Below, in pieces: positions 13,186 through 26,603 of a stretch of DNA of 64,000 nt. Below the pieces are notes generated by a model. It was not told the DNA's origin, searched no databases, and worked only from the letters and a program-made list of their open reading frames with translations. The stretch's first letter is position 1. Every line of letters starts with the position of its first letter. Source of the DNA: Octopus sinensis (Eukaryota); assembly GCF_006345805.1 (NCBI RefSeq), contig NC_043002.1:10044001-10108000 (forward strand), in the 5' to 3' direction. Both the position numbers and the translations under genes were made by a program.

Positions 13186-13622
13186 GGATCTTTTCGGTTT
13201 GAATGGCAGTTTTTTGAAATAATTTCCACGTAACTAAACACTTTTAAACTTCGTATACTGGTAGAATGTCTTTATAAAACATCTTTTTCTCTTGGCTTTA
13301 TTGAGAAAATTCTATAGTTTGTAAGATATTTGTTGTTTTTTTTCTTCAATTTCTGCAATTTCAACCAATCAATGACGTCTATTGAGGTGAAAACATTCTG
13401 CGCCGTATGAATATGTCCCTCGTTTAAGAAACAGATTGGGTTTATTTACATTTCTGAAGAAAAAGATATCCCTAACCCTAACCCTAACCCTAACTAACCC
13501 TAACTCTAACCCTAACCCTAAAACAGATTGAAGTGCAATAGATCGATACTAGGGTCATAATTATGGGTGACAATTTCATATGACACCGCTAGAAAAAATT
13601 GCCGGTCAAACCGAAAAGATCC
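13186..13622. mobile_element. MITE with ~30-bp TIRs, 8-bp TSD and internal (CCCTAA)n
   Basis: GGATCTTTTCGGTTTGA..TCAAACCGAAAAGATCC flanked by GAATTATG on both sides. A GG terminus with an 8-bp TSD suggests Merlin (inference). Confidence 0.85.
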
Positions 13623-13719
13623 GAATTATGTAGGTACTTGAAGTGATCTAAACGAAGTTCATAGTGTGACAAGTACAAATATATATCTTTTTAAATGTAA
13701 TAAAAAAATGAAATCTTAC

Positions 13720-13807
13720 TCGCGGCTACAATGCTATCCACAATACCGTTATAACAATTGACAAGGAGAGGAAGAAAGAGAAGCAAAGCGAGTGCATACG
13801 TGTGCAT
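13720..13807 (-). CDS. Gene 1 coding exon 1: signal peptide MHTYALALLLFLPLLVNCYNGIVDSIVAA
   Basis: Acceptor ttttattttaattacag directly before ATG; 88 nt (29 codons + 1); donor GTAAGA; hydrophobic core ALALLLFLPLLV; phase 1 joins in frame to the exon at 9155. Confidence 0.85.
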
Positions 13808-14149
13808 CTGTAATTAAAATAAAACAATAGAAAATATTAGCTTCAAATTTTGGTGCAAACTCATGAATTTCTACAGAGAGGGCAAGTCAACCTCTGTGGA
13901 ATTTGGAATTAAAATGTGAAGAAGAACGCAATGCCGTCAAACAATTTTCGCACGATTCTACCAGCGCTTCGACCTGCGCAAAAGTAAATATTCCTCTGGT
14001 AAAGTTCAAGTCATTCTGATGACGCTGGTTAGGTAAACGCAAGTTTACCTCAAAAATAACGAACTGACACAGCTGTAAATGTTATCTTAGCCATAATTAA
14101 AATATGATCATTCAACACTAATGATCAAATTCCAATTGTTATGCATTGC

Positions 14150-14400
14150 TCCATTTCTTCTCTTCCTTATCTTATATATATATTTTTCAAAATCTTTTGT
14201 ATGATATTAATCGGTTGAAGGAGAAGTTTTCTTCTAGCTGCTCGTCCATAATACACAAGCTTATGCAGATATGTAACACACATTATTGGACTAATTTCTA
14301 GCGATTTTGCAATATCAGAAGCCTTCGAACGGGGCTCGTTTTCCACAATTCTCTTCAAACAGCGAAGTTTCGTTTCCGAGGGACCAAGTCGGCCGGGACG
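14150..14400 (-). mobile_element. Tc1-like transposase DNA-binding fragment
   Basis: RIVENEPRSKASDIAKSL..LHKL.YYGRAARRKLLL resembles the Tc1 HTH/GRPR-K region. Confidence 0.55.
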
Positions 14401-14757
14401 AGAATCTGTTGATTCTTTTCATTGGCTTTTGAATTACAATATAACTCTATTAACAGTAGCAAGAGGAATTTGAAGATTTTCGACAACTTTTCGCTGGCTA
14501 AGACCCGCCTCAGATTGCCCAACAATACAACCTCTTTGAAAATCTGACAGTTCTGCTGAATTTTTTTGTGCGTGGCATGGTTACTTTTCATAAATGTTTA
14601 ACATAATGGTACCTGGAATGAGAAAAAAAATTATTACATTGTAAATTCTACACCCCTGAAAACATATTAAGACGCTTAGATCAGAAATTTTGAAAATTAA
14701 AGGTGGCTATTTACTTCCTGCATGTCTGTGTGTATATTAGATAAATATATATGTATG

Positions 14758-14844
<87 letters not shown>

Positions 14845-14848
<4 letters not shown>

Positions 14849-15627
14849 TGCGTGACCTGGGTATTCACATGAGTGATGACGCGACCTTTCATGTACATGT
14901 TGCTAAACTGGCAATGAAATGTAGACGGCTGGCCGGATGGATTCTTAGAACCTTTAGAACAAGAGAACAAGAAACCATGATGGTCCTCTGGAAGACACTT
15001 GTCCTAAGCCACTTTGACTATTGCTCTCAGCTATGGTCACCATCCAGTGTCAAGTTGATCATAGAGCTTGAGGCGATCCAACGAAGCTACACGAAGAAGA
15101 TAGCCTCTGTGCAGCATATAAGCTACTGGGAAAGACTCAAGAGATTAAAACTCTATTCCTTGGAGCGTAGGCGAGAAAGATATGCCATAATATACATCTG
15201 GAAGATCCTGGAAGGACTTGTCCCAAACTTTGGTATCGAGAGTCACACAAATGCCAGAACTGGGCGCCACTGCGTGGTACCAAGGACTCCAAATTTGCCA
15301 TCAAGATGTAAGACAAGATACTGTGATAGCCTGGGCTTCAGAGGCCCACAGCTCTTCAATATCCTCCCGAAGAACCTGAGGGATCTGCATGGTGTAGATG
15401 CGGATGTCTTTAAAGTAGGACTGGACCTCTTCCTGTCAGGTGTCCCAGATGAACCAACTTCACGGCAGGAGGTGCAGATGAGGGCAACTGCATTGAACTC
15501 TCTCATGCACCAAATGGCAGTTGCTAAAAAGCATTCGTGAGGTAAAATCATGTAGCAAACCAAATGGCGGTGCCCCAGCATGGTCACAGCTCATGAGCTG
15601 AAACCGGAAAAATCAAAATCAATCAAA

Positions 15628-15632
<5 letters not shown>
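14845..15632 (+). mobile_element. 5'-truncated CR1/L2-group LINE (same family)
   Basis: VRDLGI..YCSQLWSP..LYSLERRRERY; conserved 3' tail and (AAAATC)n end; embedded in (TA)n. Confidence 0.9.
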
Positions 15633-15699
<67 letters not shown>

Positions 15700-15713
15700 T
15701 ACACACACACACA

Positions 15714-15751
<38 letters not shown>

Positions 15752-16102
15752 CATATATTACGTATTTGCAACTACATAAATGTTCAGCGATTTCGCTGAT
15801 GAGCTACAGACTCTAAATTAATATATCTGGCAATTAATAACGAAACTCGAGTTCGAAATTAATAATTAATTTTTTTTGTTCATTCTAATTTTATAATGTC
15901 GTGCGTCATGAATTCACTGTTTCGTGGTTTGGGTTCTAAATCGCCCTTATATCATGTAAAGAGTCCTTTCATCTTTGTGCATAAGAACATTTTATACATT
16001 CTTATATTTTAAAAAATATGTTATGCCTTATGACTTTTATTTATGCATGCTAACGACTGGGAATAAATTATTTTAATTCATTATCCTCCTATTTGCGATA
16101 GT

Positions 16103-16190
<88 letters not shown>

Positions 16191-16889
16191 CATATATATA
16201 TGTATATTACATATACATATGCCTATATATATACATATATATATGTATATATACATATATATATACGTATATATATACATATATATATATACGTATATAT
16301 ATATAATATATATATATATATACATATGTATATACGTATATATACATATATATACATATACAACTATATAATATATATATATAATATATATATAGGCGAG
16401 GAAAAATTATAAAAAGGCAGAATGCTAAATTGAAGGTAAATTTTAATAAAAATGGGTGTATGGAAAATTAAAAATAATTTTTGAAAAATATTATCTCTAA
16501 CCGGTTTTCATAGCAATGCAAATTTCAAGAATTGAAAGGTGAAAAGAAATTTGTTTTCAAATTGAGGTGGGGGAAAAAAGAAATTTACATTGCTTTTTGC
16601 AAAAAAATAATAATAAACATATACAAAACTTAAAAAATAGGTATACCGATACATTGTAAAGTCTTTATGTATCTTTTTCCATGGAAATATTACCTTGGAG
16701 GATTAAGATCCATGTGATTAAACGTGGTGTTTAATTTAGGATGTTTGTTAAATGAATGTCAAAACAGGAGATGGGGTAGGAGTTATCCAGTTCCTGTGAG
16801 TAAGGGGAGACAACTCTGTGGATTTTATGCTCTTCAATTGGGATTATCAATTTTTTTGTCAGATAGGATGTTAGAAAAAAGAAGTATGA

Positions 16890-17160
16890 TCATCGTGGAG
16901 TTTGCATATTAAGATGCATTTTGAATTTTTCAATAAAAAGATTCTCCTTGTTAATTCTTTCTTGTGTAGGGATTCCGTCTTTACATTGGTAGAAGGGGAA
17001 TATGTAAAATTTAGGATTTTTGTCTTTAGCGCACGAGTCTATGTGGCTACTTAGTGGAATTTGACGGTATTCTGGGAGATTTATCTGTTCTTTATGGACC
17101 GCTACTCTTTTACGTAATGAGCCTCCCTTTACGCCTACATAAAAGTTTATTTGTCTCAAT
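16890..17160 (-). mobile_element. PLE GIY-YIG endonuclease C-terminal fragment
   Basis: FYVG..SLRKRVAVHKEQINLPEYRQIPLSSHIDSC..FYIFPFY parallels the 41986-42306 ORF. Confidence 0.7.
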
Positions 17161-17311
17161 CGATCCTTAACTCATATTCCATATGTGTATAGACTTGCAA
17201 GAAAATATGTTGCAAACTTTAAAAGTCATGGCAGAAAATAACATTCAAATGAGAATTTACATTGAAATTTCCTATTGATATTTGAAAAATCGATGGTGAT
17301 TGCAAATATAT

Positions 17312-17710
17312 ACTAGCGAATCTGTTTCGTCAATCTATATCAGCAACGAAGCACAGCTCTGTAATTATTCCCTCTCTTGACCAATAACACCAAAACCTCA
17401 TGTTATGCGATAGCACCCAGACGTGTGCAAACATACACTAGCGAATCTGTTTTGTCAAAATCTACTAGAAACGAGGCACAGCTGTGGAATTATTCCGTCC
17501 CTTGACTGATGATATCAAAACTTCATGTTATACTACAACATCCAGTCGTATGCAAACACACACTATTGAACCAGTTTTGTCAATCCCCACGAGTAACGAG
17601 GCACAGCTGTGTAATTATTCCGTCTGTTGACCATTAACACTAAAACTTCTTGTTATACAATACCACTCAACTGTGTGCAGTTACAGACTAGCGAATCTGT
17701 TTTGTCAAAC
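17312..17710. repeat. Diverged tandem repeat with a 125-bp period (3 units + partial)
   Basis: Unit starts at 17312, 17437, 17562 and 17687. Confidence 0.85.
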
Positions 17711-17719
17711 GTTCATCTA

Positions 17720-18285
17720 TTGGGTTGTCCGGAAAGTTCATGCCGATTTTTAAAGGAAAGAAAATGGTCACTAAATACTTGCCATCACATTTTTAATCAA
17801 CCAAATATGAATAATTTTGTTGCACAATGCGTCTCCATCTTTCCTTTAACTTGAAAGTACCCTCTTCCCAGAACTGAGGTGGTTTCATGGCAAAGAATTC
17901 ATCGAGGTATCGTTTTACATCATGCAAAGATTTGAAATTTTTACCATTAAAACTATTCTACAGAGACCTGAATAAATGGAAATCCGAAGGAGCAATATCT
18001 GGTGAATATGGAGGGTGGGATAACACATTCCAGCCGAGATACAGCAATTTTTGTCTGATTCCCCAAGCATCAAATGCCGAAAATGAACTTTCTTATCTTC
18101 AATTTTAAAGGGTTACAGAATTAACACAGGTTATAGGAACATAAACCTTCTTCCACGAAAAGATAGCTTAAACTCTTCTCTAAATGGAGGTGTAGTCAAA
18201 TCCTATTTTATGGACTCAACCATGTTCTAAAATAAGTCGAAATGTAAGCTACTATAAATCGGCACGAACTTTCCGGACAACCCAA
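17720..18285 (-). mobile_element. Mariner deletion derivative
   Basis: ~30-bp terminal inverted repeats (TIRs) TTGGGTTGTCCGGAAAGTTC.., TA TSD, HPPYSPDIAPSDFHLFRSL remnant. Confidence 0.9.
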
Positions 18286-18861
18286 TATGTCGTATAACAA
18301 CTTATTCCTGTTACAATCGTAACTAGTTTCACGCTTATTCTTTGTGATTATCAGCATACAATCGTCATCTCACCAGACCTATTTTAATTGAAAGTTCCTT
18401 TACGAATATATTCCACATAATCCTTTTGCAGCGGAGGCGTGAATATTTTGTCTTCTACAAACCCAGCAACATAGCCATCGCACATGCTATGAAACAATTT
18501 CAACATCTGCATGATTACATCCGCTGGCGGTTTCACATTAATAGCATTGCAAAACACGCTTCTCAGAATTTACCCCGCCTTTGTAGAAATATAAAAGGCG
18601 GCGAGTGGGCAGGATCGGCAGCACGTCGGACAAATTGCTTAGCAGCATTTTCTTCTCAAACTAAAGCCATATTTAAGTTTGCCAAAGAAACTCCCTCAGT
18701 CCGTCGCAGAGTAAGTCCACTCCTCCAAAACGGTGGCTCCGTCATAGGATACGTGAAACACTCAATGAACAATTTGAATGTGTTTTCACGCCATCGTTAC
18801 TGTACGTGCAAGTCTGCAAATCTATAAATTCGTTATCACTGCAGGCATAAAAAGAGAAGCA

Positions 18862-19140
18862 ATATTCAATTCAATTCAATTTTTATTGGCTCAAAAAGCA
18901 AAAGCAAGGCCATGTAGGGGGACAGGGAGTTATGTACAGGGAGGGTGGTCATACAAAGAGTTCAGGCCATTTCTGGTCAAAAGAGACTTTGAACCGAGCG
19001 CTCGTCGGCATCTTCACTATCTCGTCAGGCAGCTTATTCCACGGATCCGCAACCCGGACGGAGAAAGCCCCTCTCCGTCGATTGAGATGAAATTGTCGTA
19101 GATAGAGCTTTTCGGAGTGACCCCGCAGCCCACGCTCAAT
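18862..19140 (-). mobile_element. CR1-like LINE 3' end
   Basis: RGHSEKL..FSVRVADPWNKLPDEIV..FK, followed by an (ATTGA)n tail. Confidence 0.7.
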
Positions 19141-19289
19141 TGATTACATCGATATAAAAGATATAATACTACTCATTGATGAGATAAACCCGAATTCAAC
19201 AACTGGCTCAGGTGGTTTCCCAGCAATCATAAAATCGGGTAAATGAGCCGTAGCAAAACAGCTGCTGTCTTTCTTCCACAGCGTTTTTG

Positions 19290-19660
19290 CAAGTGTCAAG
19301 CTTCCAGTTAATTTGAAAGACGGGAGAGTATGCTATATTCAAAAAGGTGGTAGCAGAGTGGTAGCCAAAAACTACAGACTTATCTCTCTAACCTCACATA
19401 TCAGCAAAGTAATGGAACGGATAGTCCGTAGGAAACAAATTACGTTCCTTGAAGAAAATGACTTGCTGACTGATACCTAGTACGGTTTCCGACCAGAAAG
19501 AAGCTGTTTGACACTATGACATGTGGATGTGATATACCTCCACTTTGCGAAACGCTTCGATGAAGTCAATCATGGAATGACGTCTCACAATCTGCTTGAT
19601 GTTGGCATAATTTGAAATTTTGAAATGTGGCTACCCGGCTTTTTAAAACATAGGCACCAG
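19290..19660 (+). mobile_element. Decayed RT fragment of the same LINE group
   Basis: NYRLISLTSHISKVMERIV..GFRP..YLHFAKRFD with stops and deletions. Confidence 0.7.
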
Positions 19661-19926
19661 GCATCTATTTTCTATTCTTTTTTTTTACATCCCGCAAAAA
19701 GAAAGCTCTACTTTGTAATTTGTCCCCTCTGTGTGGCAAATAAAGACATATATATATAGAGAGAGAAAAAGAGAAAGATAGATAGCTAGATAGGTAGATA
19801 GATAGATATACACACATATGAAGTATACATGTATATGCACATACCTATAATAAAGTGATTGTTTCTTATCAGGAACAAAATGTTTGATAGGACTGCTATA
19901 GAAGTGCTCAATTAAATGAGACAAAT

Positions 19927-20191
19927 ATATTAAACTAAGGTTGCAGAACAAACAAATATAAGGTCATCCACGTAACATTTCATATCTCGAACATTTAATC
20001 ACATAATGCTTTTTTCTTTCACATAGATGCTTGTATTGATGAATTGTGTTTCATCTTCCGTGATTTTATGCATGTACGATTTTATACATATTCTATGTGT
20101 AAGAAAAAGCATTATGTGATTAAATGTTCGAGATATGAAATGTTACGTGGATGACCCTGTATTTGTTTGTTCGGCAACCATAGTTTAATAT
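19927..20191. mobile_element. Foldback MITE (~100-bp arms, ~65-bp spacer)
   Basis: ggtcatccacgtaacatttcatatctcgaacatttaatcacataatgc and its reverse complement. Confidence 0.75.
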
Positions 20192-20200
20192 GCATATACC

Positions 20201-20231
<31 letters not shown>

Positions 20232-20260
20232 AAGGGTGAAAAGGAACACACGAGTTGATA

Positions 20261-20416
20261 TATATGAAAAAACAAGTCAAAAATAGAAAATGCTAAGATC
20301 CCAGATAAAAATTCCCCAAAACAGAAAAATAGCTTTTAGCCAACACAAGCTATTTTTCTGTTTTGGGGAATTTTTATCTGGGATCTTAGCATTTTCTATT
20401 TTTGACTTGTTTTTTC

Positions 20417-20421
<5 letters not shown>
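20261..20421. repeat. Perfect 75-bp inverted repeat with 11-nt spacer
   Basis: 20261-20335 is the exact reverse complement of 20347-20421. Confidence 0.95.
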
Positions 20422-20498
<77 letters not shown>

Positions 20499-20589
20499 AT
20501 ATATAAGTGTGTGTGTGTAGTTATGTGTGTTTGTGTTTGTGTGCGTGTGGGTGTATTTGTGTATATATTTGTGTATAGATTCAATCAGA

Positions 20590-20635
<46 letters not shown>

Positions 20636-21255
20636 ATTATATATATATATATATATATAGATATATATATATATATATATCTATATATATATATATATAT
20701 ATATATCACGTTCTGATTGAATCTGCCACGTGTTCAATTATCTCATTGAATCTTCCATGCATTAACATGTACCTCCTTGCGACAGTGTAAACTTTCAGTT
20801 AATCAAGACATCTCTGTGTCACGCTGAATATCCCCGAGAACTACGTTAAGGGTGCACGTGTCTGTGGAGTGCTCAGCCACTTACACTTTAATTTCACGAG
20901 CAGGCTGTTCCGTTGATTCGGATCAACCGGAACCCTCATCGTCATAATCGACGGAGTGCTTCCATCCCATATGCATACATACATGTATGTACACACACAA
21001 ACACATACACATACACACACATACACACATATATATATATACATGCACACACACATATATGTACATATATATAGTTGAAATTTATATTTAAAAAAACAGG
21101 ACAAATGTATGAATAACAAGTAACTGTATTAGTTTGGCGCTCAGAAAAATGAAAAAGTCTTTCATGTTTCGAGCCTACGCTCTTCAATAGAGAGGCATAA
21201 TTGAAAATAAACAGTGAATGAAAAAAAAAATTGTAGATTTCAGCAGTCCTGCATT

Positions 21256-21359
<104 letters not shown>

Positions 21360-21376
21360 AAGAAAGAAAGAGAGAG

Positions 21377-21407
<31 letters not shown>

Positions 21408-21799
21408 GGGAGAGAGCAACAGAAACACACTATGGGTTATTACCTGTGGGAAATTAAATGTCTGAGAGAGCCCGGAGTATGTTTATTATACTACATAATC
21501 ACAGTTGTACTGATATCATACTAGGAATTCCCGCTCAAAACAAAGAACAATGTGACATTCCACACATTTCTTACCTTAGGGACTTGACGATGATTACCTT
21601 AGGGATGTAGCATGCTATAAGTTAAATTGAAATGCTAAGGGACATCGTTGTCCTCGTTCCTGACAACAGCTGTTAGCCGTTTTTCCTGACAAATATTATT
21701 GAAATTTTTATTATTTGATTTATGATGGGTCATAAATTGAGAAGGCAAAATGTTACAAAACACCCGTTATCACCTCATTTCTTGTATATATCTATGTTC

Positions 21800-22905
21800 C
21801 AGTGTTATCGCCAGCAAGAATAAGTTTTACTTCTCCAGGTTTGATTTCTTCCCAGGTTTGGTTTTCTTTGTTTTTTCGGGGGCATACAGCTGGTTTCAAT
21901 TGCCCTAGCAGAAGCGTAAATAATTTCATTTAACTCAGTAAAATCAGGTTTTAATTCTTGTATTATTTCATTTGTTACATAATTGCAAATTTTGATTTGT
22001 TTTTTATTTTGGTTTGTATTTGAGAGTTTATGAAGTGGTTCTCTATCATTCATATTTGTATGTCTTACAACTTCAAGCGTATTCAGGATTTTCTGCCTCA
22101 TTTCTGCCATAGACTCTCTGTGTTCTTCAGCAAATGCGAGATCTTCAGTTACTGTTATTTTATAATTTTCCTGACTATCTTTAACAGGTTCAATAGAATT
22201 TCTTGTATCTTCAGTACTTTGCATGCTTTGGTCAGATGGCAGTCTTTCAATTAAGCCTCGTGGCGGGCTATACTGTTCATCTGATTCTTCATTTCCTTTG
22301 TGTCTTATATTTATGTAATTTTCCGTTGCGTGCTTGATCGCGCTTATTTCACTGTCTGTGAGTCTGTTATTTCTAAGGATATCCCTCCTCACATTTGCCA
22401 ATTTGTTCTCGTCCAAATAGGGTCTACTGTCTTGATTCCGTGTTCTCCATATACTGTAAGAGGTTGCGGTGTGTCTCTCTTGAGATGGCCTACCTAATGC
22501 ATAGTAATAAGCGTATATTACTTCTTTATACTCTTCTCGGGTCCATTTGTTCTGCTTACCTTTTTCTTTCTGTGGTGGTTATGGTGGTGAACTTGGAGGG
22601 CTCGAGTTGGGGAATTTCCCGTTCAAGTGACCATCCATGTCCGTATTCGGAGAAGAGTTTGTGCCAGTTGATGACTTTTCGATCCCAGGCTGGCTCTTCC
22701 CTGGGGGACGCGCTTCCAGATTAACCATAGGAGAAGCGATTTTGGTATACTGATTTAGTTTTCCTTTTAGTTTCCAAAAACATTTTGGTGCTACGATAAT
22801 GTTATCATTTTTGAGCTCTGAGTTGCCGTTACAATTACAATCGTACCATTATAGCAGCCGTAGCCGGCCTGTGGTCACTCCTTGTAGTCATGGCAACAGT
22901 GTATT
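21800..22905 (-). mobile_element. R4/Dong-type non-LTR element, 5' part
   Basis: KWTREEYKEVIYAYYYA..DENKLANVRRDILRNNRLTDSEI (Myb-like N-terminus of the R4 clade); 5' flank is (TAA)n. Confidence 0.7.
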
Positions 22906-23149
22906 ATTATTATTATTTAGAGGAAGGAGAGGGCAGGTTCGCGGTAGATAGGCAGGATGGCAGTCATACAGTTAGATATCGTTAGTTTATAAATAGACTC
23001 AATAGGAGTAGGCGAGGGGTGAAAGAGTGATTGTACCCATGTGGTCCAGCAAAGGAGCAGTCAGCAGAGGTCAAATATGTGTTTACTACCAACTCACCTT
23101 GTATGTTTTAATTACCGATAGAAAGACAGAAATAAAATACACACTCACA

Positions 23150-24020
23150 TATATATAATTTCTATATATATAAATTGCTTAAATTAGTTATCCGGCGGTG
23201 TTTAAGAGTGTTCTTGTAGAAATTTCTGGGGTTTTTCATATTTGGCTATTCACAGTACAATGTATATATTAAAGATGATCGTTTGTGTGTGTTTAGCAAT
23301 TTAAAATTTTTTTTCCATAAGATTGTAGATATTAAAGTTTTTAAAGATGATCATTTGTGTGTTCGTCCACAGAAAACTGAATATAATCAAGTTTTTAAGC
23401 CTGTAAATTGTTTAAGTAAAGATAGCCAGAGGCGTTTAAGAGTGTTCCTGCAGAGGAATTTTTTTACTTATTTGGCTATTCACAGTACAGTGTAGATATT
23501 AAAGTTCTTAAAGATGATCGTTTGTGTGTTCACGGAAAGTTTTACTTTTCACATAATATTGTAGATAGTAATGTTTTTAGAGATAATCGTTTGTGTGTCC
23601 GTCCAGAGAATACTGTAGATAGTCAAGTTTTTAAAGTTATTTAGAATGAGATTTTAAATACTCACAGAGGATTATAGATACTACAGTTTTCAAAATAATG
23701 TTTTTTGGTTGTAATAGAATGTCTGTATATATATATATATATATATCTAATTTCTATATATATAAATTGCTTAAGTTGAATAACCGGAGGCGTCTAAGAG
23801 TGTTCTTGCAGAGAAAACAGGGATGTTTACATATTTGGCTAGTCACAGAGAAAAGAAGGGTTTTGGGTATTCATAGGAAATTGTAAATATTAGAGTTTTT
23901 AAAGATGATTGTTTGTGTGTTCGTCCGGATAAAATTGTAGATAATCGAGTTTTTAAAGCTAATTAGAATGAGATTTTAGGTACTCACTGAAAATTTTAGA
24001 TATTCCAGTTTTTAAAAGTT
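23150..24020. repeat. Degenerate higher-order tandem repeat
   Basis: AAAGATGATCGTTTGTGTGT recurs about 5 times; TTTAAGAGTGTTC..ATTTGGCTA recurs 3 times; ~595-bp super-period. Confidence 0.65.
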
Positions 24021-24108
24021 GTTTTTCAGTTGTTGTAGAATTCCTGTGTCTTCAGCTGCTGAATTATCAGAGCAGCGAAAGACACGTCTAGCTGCTACCA
24101 GGGCAGGC

Positions 24109-24872
<764 letters not shown>

Positions 24873-24914
24873 AATATTATAATATAATTTAATTTATTTC
24901 TATTCTTCTTTCAG

Positions 24915-24966
24915 ATGTTTATATATTCGATACTTTTAATTACAGCTCTGTGCGTTTCTGGTGATA
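24915..24966 (+). CDS. Gene 2 coding exon 1: signal peptide MFIYSILLITALCVSGD
   Basis: Acceptor tttctattcttctttcag directly before ATG (same arrangement as gene 1); 52 nt; donor GTAAGT; phase 1. Confidence 0.88.
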
Positions 24967-26099
24967 GTAAGTTTTCACATTGTTCGCCTTTTTTATTCAT
25001 TTATTCTGCTGAACAGGTTTATGGTAAATAACTCTAATCTAATTCCTTTTCCCCCTATTGCTGTTGCATGAACCTATGCGAAAAAGCTATATCAGGCCAA
25101 CTGCGAAATAATATCAATAACATCTTACATGCCAGGAACCAGTTTTCCTCCTTTCTATATTTGTAAAGTCTATAAAATATTTTCCAACATCAGAGACCCC
25201 ATTTCTAAGTCACTCCAGTTCATATCATTGCCGTTTAGAATTATTTGAATATCTTACTGAGTGACAATACAAATCCTAAATATATTTTTTTCGGCTCTTT
25301 AAGTTCAGACATCAAATACCGCTAAGGTTGGCATCGCTGGTCATCCTTTCAGGATCGATAACAGAAGTACCAGTTGAGTATTGGGGTCGATGAAATCGAC
25401 TATAGTCTTTCAACAAAATTTTGTGCCTCATGTGTAAGGCAGAAAGCGTTATCATTATTATTATCACTGAGGCGGGCAGAAACATTAGCACGCCGGGCGA
25501 AATGTGTAGCCGTATTTTGTCTGCTGTTACGTTCTGAGTTCAAATTCCGCCGAGGTCGAATTTGCCTTTCATCCTTTCGGGGTCGATAAATTAAGTACCA
25601 GTTATGCACTGGTGTCGATGTAATCGACTTAATCTGTTTGTTTGTCCTTGTTTGTCCCCTCTGTGTTTAGCCCCTTGTGGGTAGCAAAGAAAGTATTTCG
25701 CCCGTTGCTCTGTACTGAGTTCAAATTCCGCTGTGGTCAACTTTATCTTACATCCTTTCGGACTCGAAAAAATAAATACCAGTTAAACATTGCGTCGATG
25801 TAATCGACTCATCTTCTTTTGCCTTCCCCATTTCGTCCATTACCATTTCTGGTGTATGATGGTACCAAGCACACGTGACCTCATATCCATAGTAGCCAGT
25901 GGAGGTTTTGGGCTACCTTGTCGTGTTTTGGCTTGTACTATTGCATTTGTCCGTTGCATTTGTGTGGTATATATCCTTTTACACTGAGTTGGTATTCACT
26001 GCCTGGTCCTGAGCAGCGATGATTAGGCTTTTCTGTATTCTTTTTTAGGTCACCCTTGTTAAAGAAAAAGAATCTTCTTTAATATTATTATTATTATTC

Positions 26100-26603
26100 A
26101 GTAGTTTTACTTTTTAAACGTGCTTTCCCTTCGTTACCGAGCGCAGCTCTATGTGCCTTGGGTATGTGCTGTGGTTTGGTTTGATGGTCTTATGGTTACT
26201 GTATTGAAAGTGTTTTGCGTGGGATGTGTGCAGTGCCCAGTAGTGCAATTTTCTGTATGTTATATGTGTTTGTAAGTCCTTGTGTTTTTGTTATGTATTT
26301 GTCTGAATATTTTTTTATCATACCTAATGCACCTACTATGATAGGAACTGTTTCTGTTTTTAGATTCCACATTCTAGTTACCCCTATTTCCAGGTCTTTG
26401 TATTTTGAAAGTTTCTCCATTTCTTTTAGAGACACGTTGTCATCTGCTGGTATTGATACATCAATTAGAAAGCATTTTTTTCTTCATGATCTCTAACAAC
26501 TATATCTGGTCTGTTGACCTTAATTTCTCTATCTGTGTGTATTGGCATATCCCAGAGTATGGTTGCTTTCTCGTTTTCTGTGAACTTTTCTGTGACCTTT
26601 ATT
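26100..26603 (-). mobile_element. R4/Dong-type 3' end (restriction-like endonuclease)
   Basis: EKLSKYKDL..VPIIVGALG..QKIALLGTAHI; flanked by TAA tracts. Confidence 0.85.

Noticed and set aside
13470-13525. True telomere or chromosome-fusion site
   Set aside because: A short degenerate array inside a TIR/TSD-bounded MITE.
17312-17710. CRISPR-like or pre-miRNA array
   Set aside because: Eukaryotic context, whole units are homologous with no unique spacers, and pairing is too patchy for pre-miRNA hairpins.
22815-22900. Possible HDV-like ribozyme at the Dong 5' end (GTTGCC...GGCAAC pairing)
   Set aside because: No recognisable P3/L3, P1.1 or J4/2 elements.
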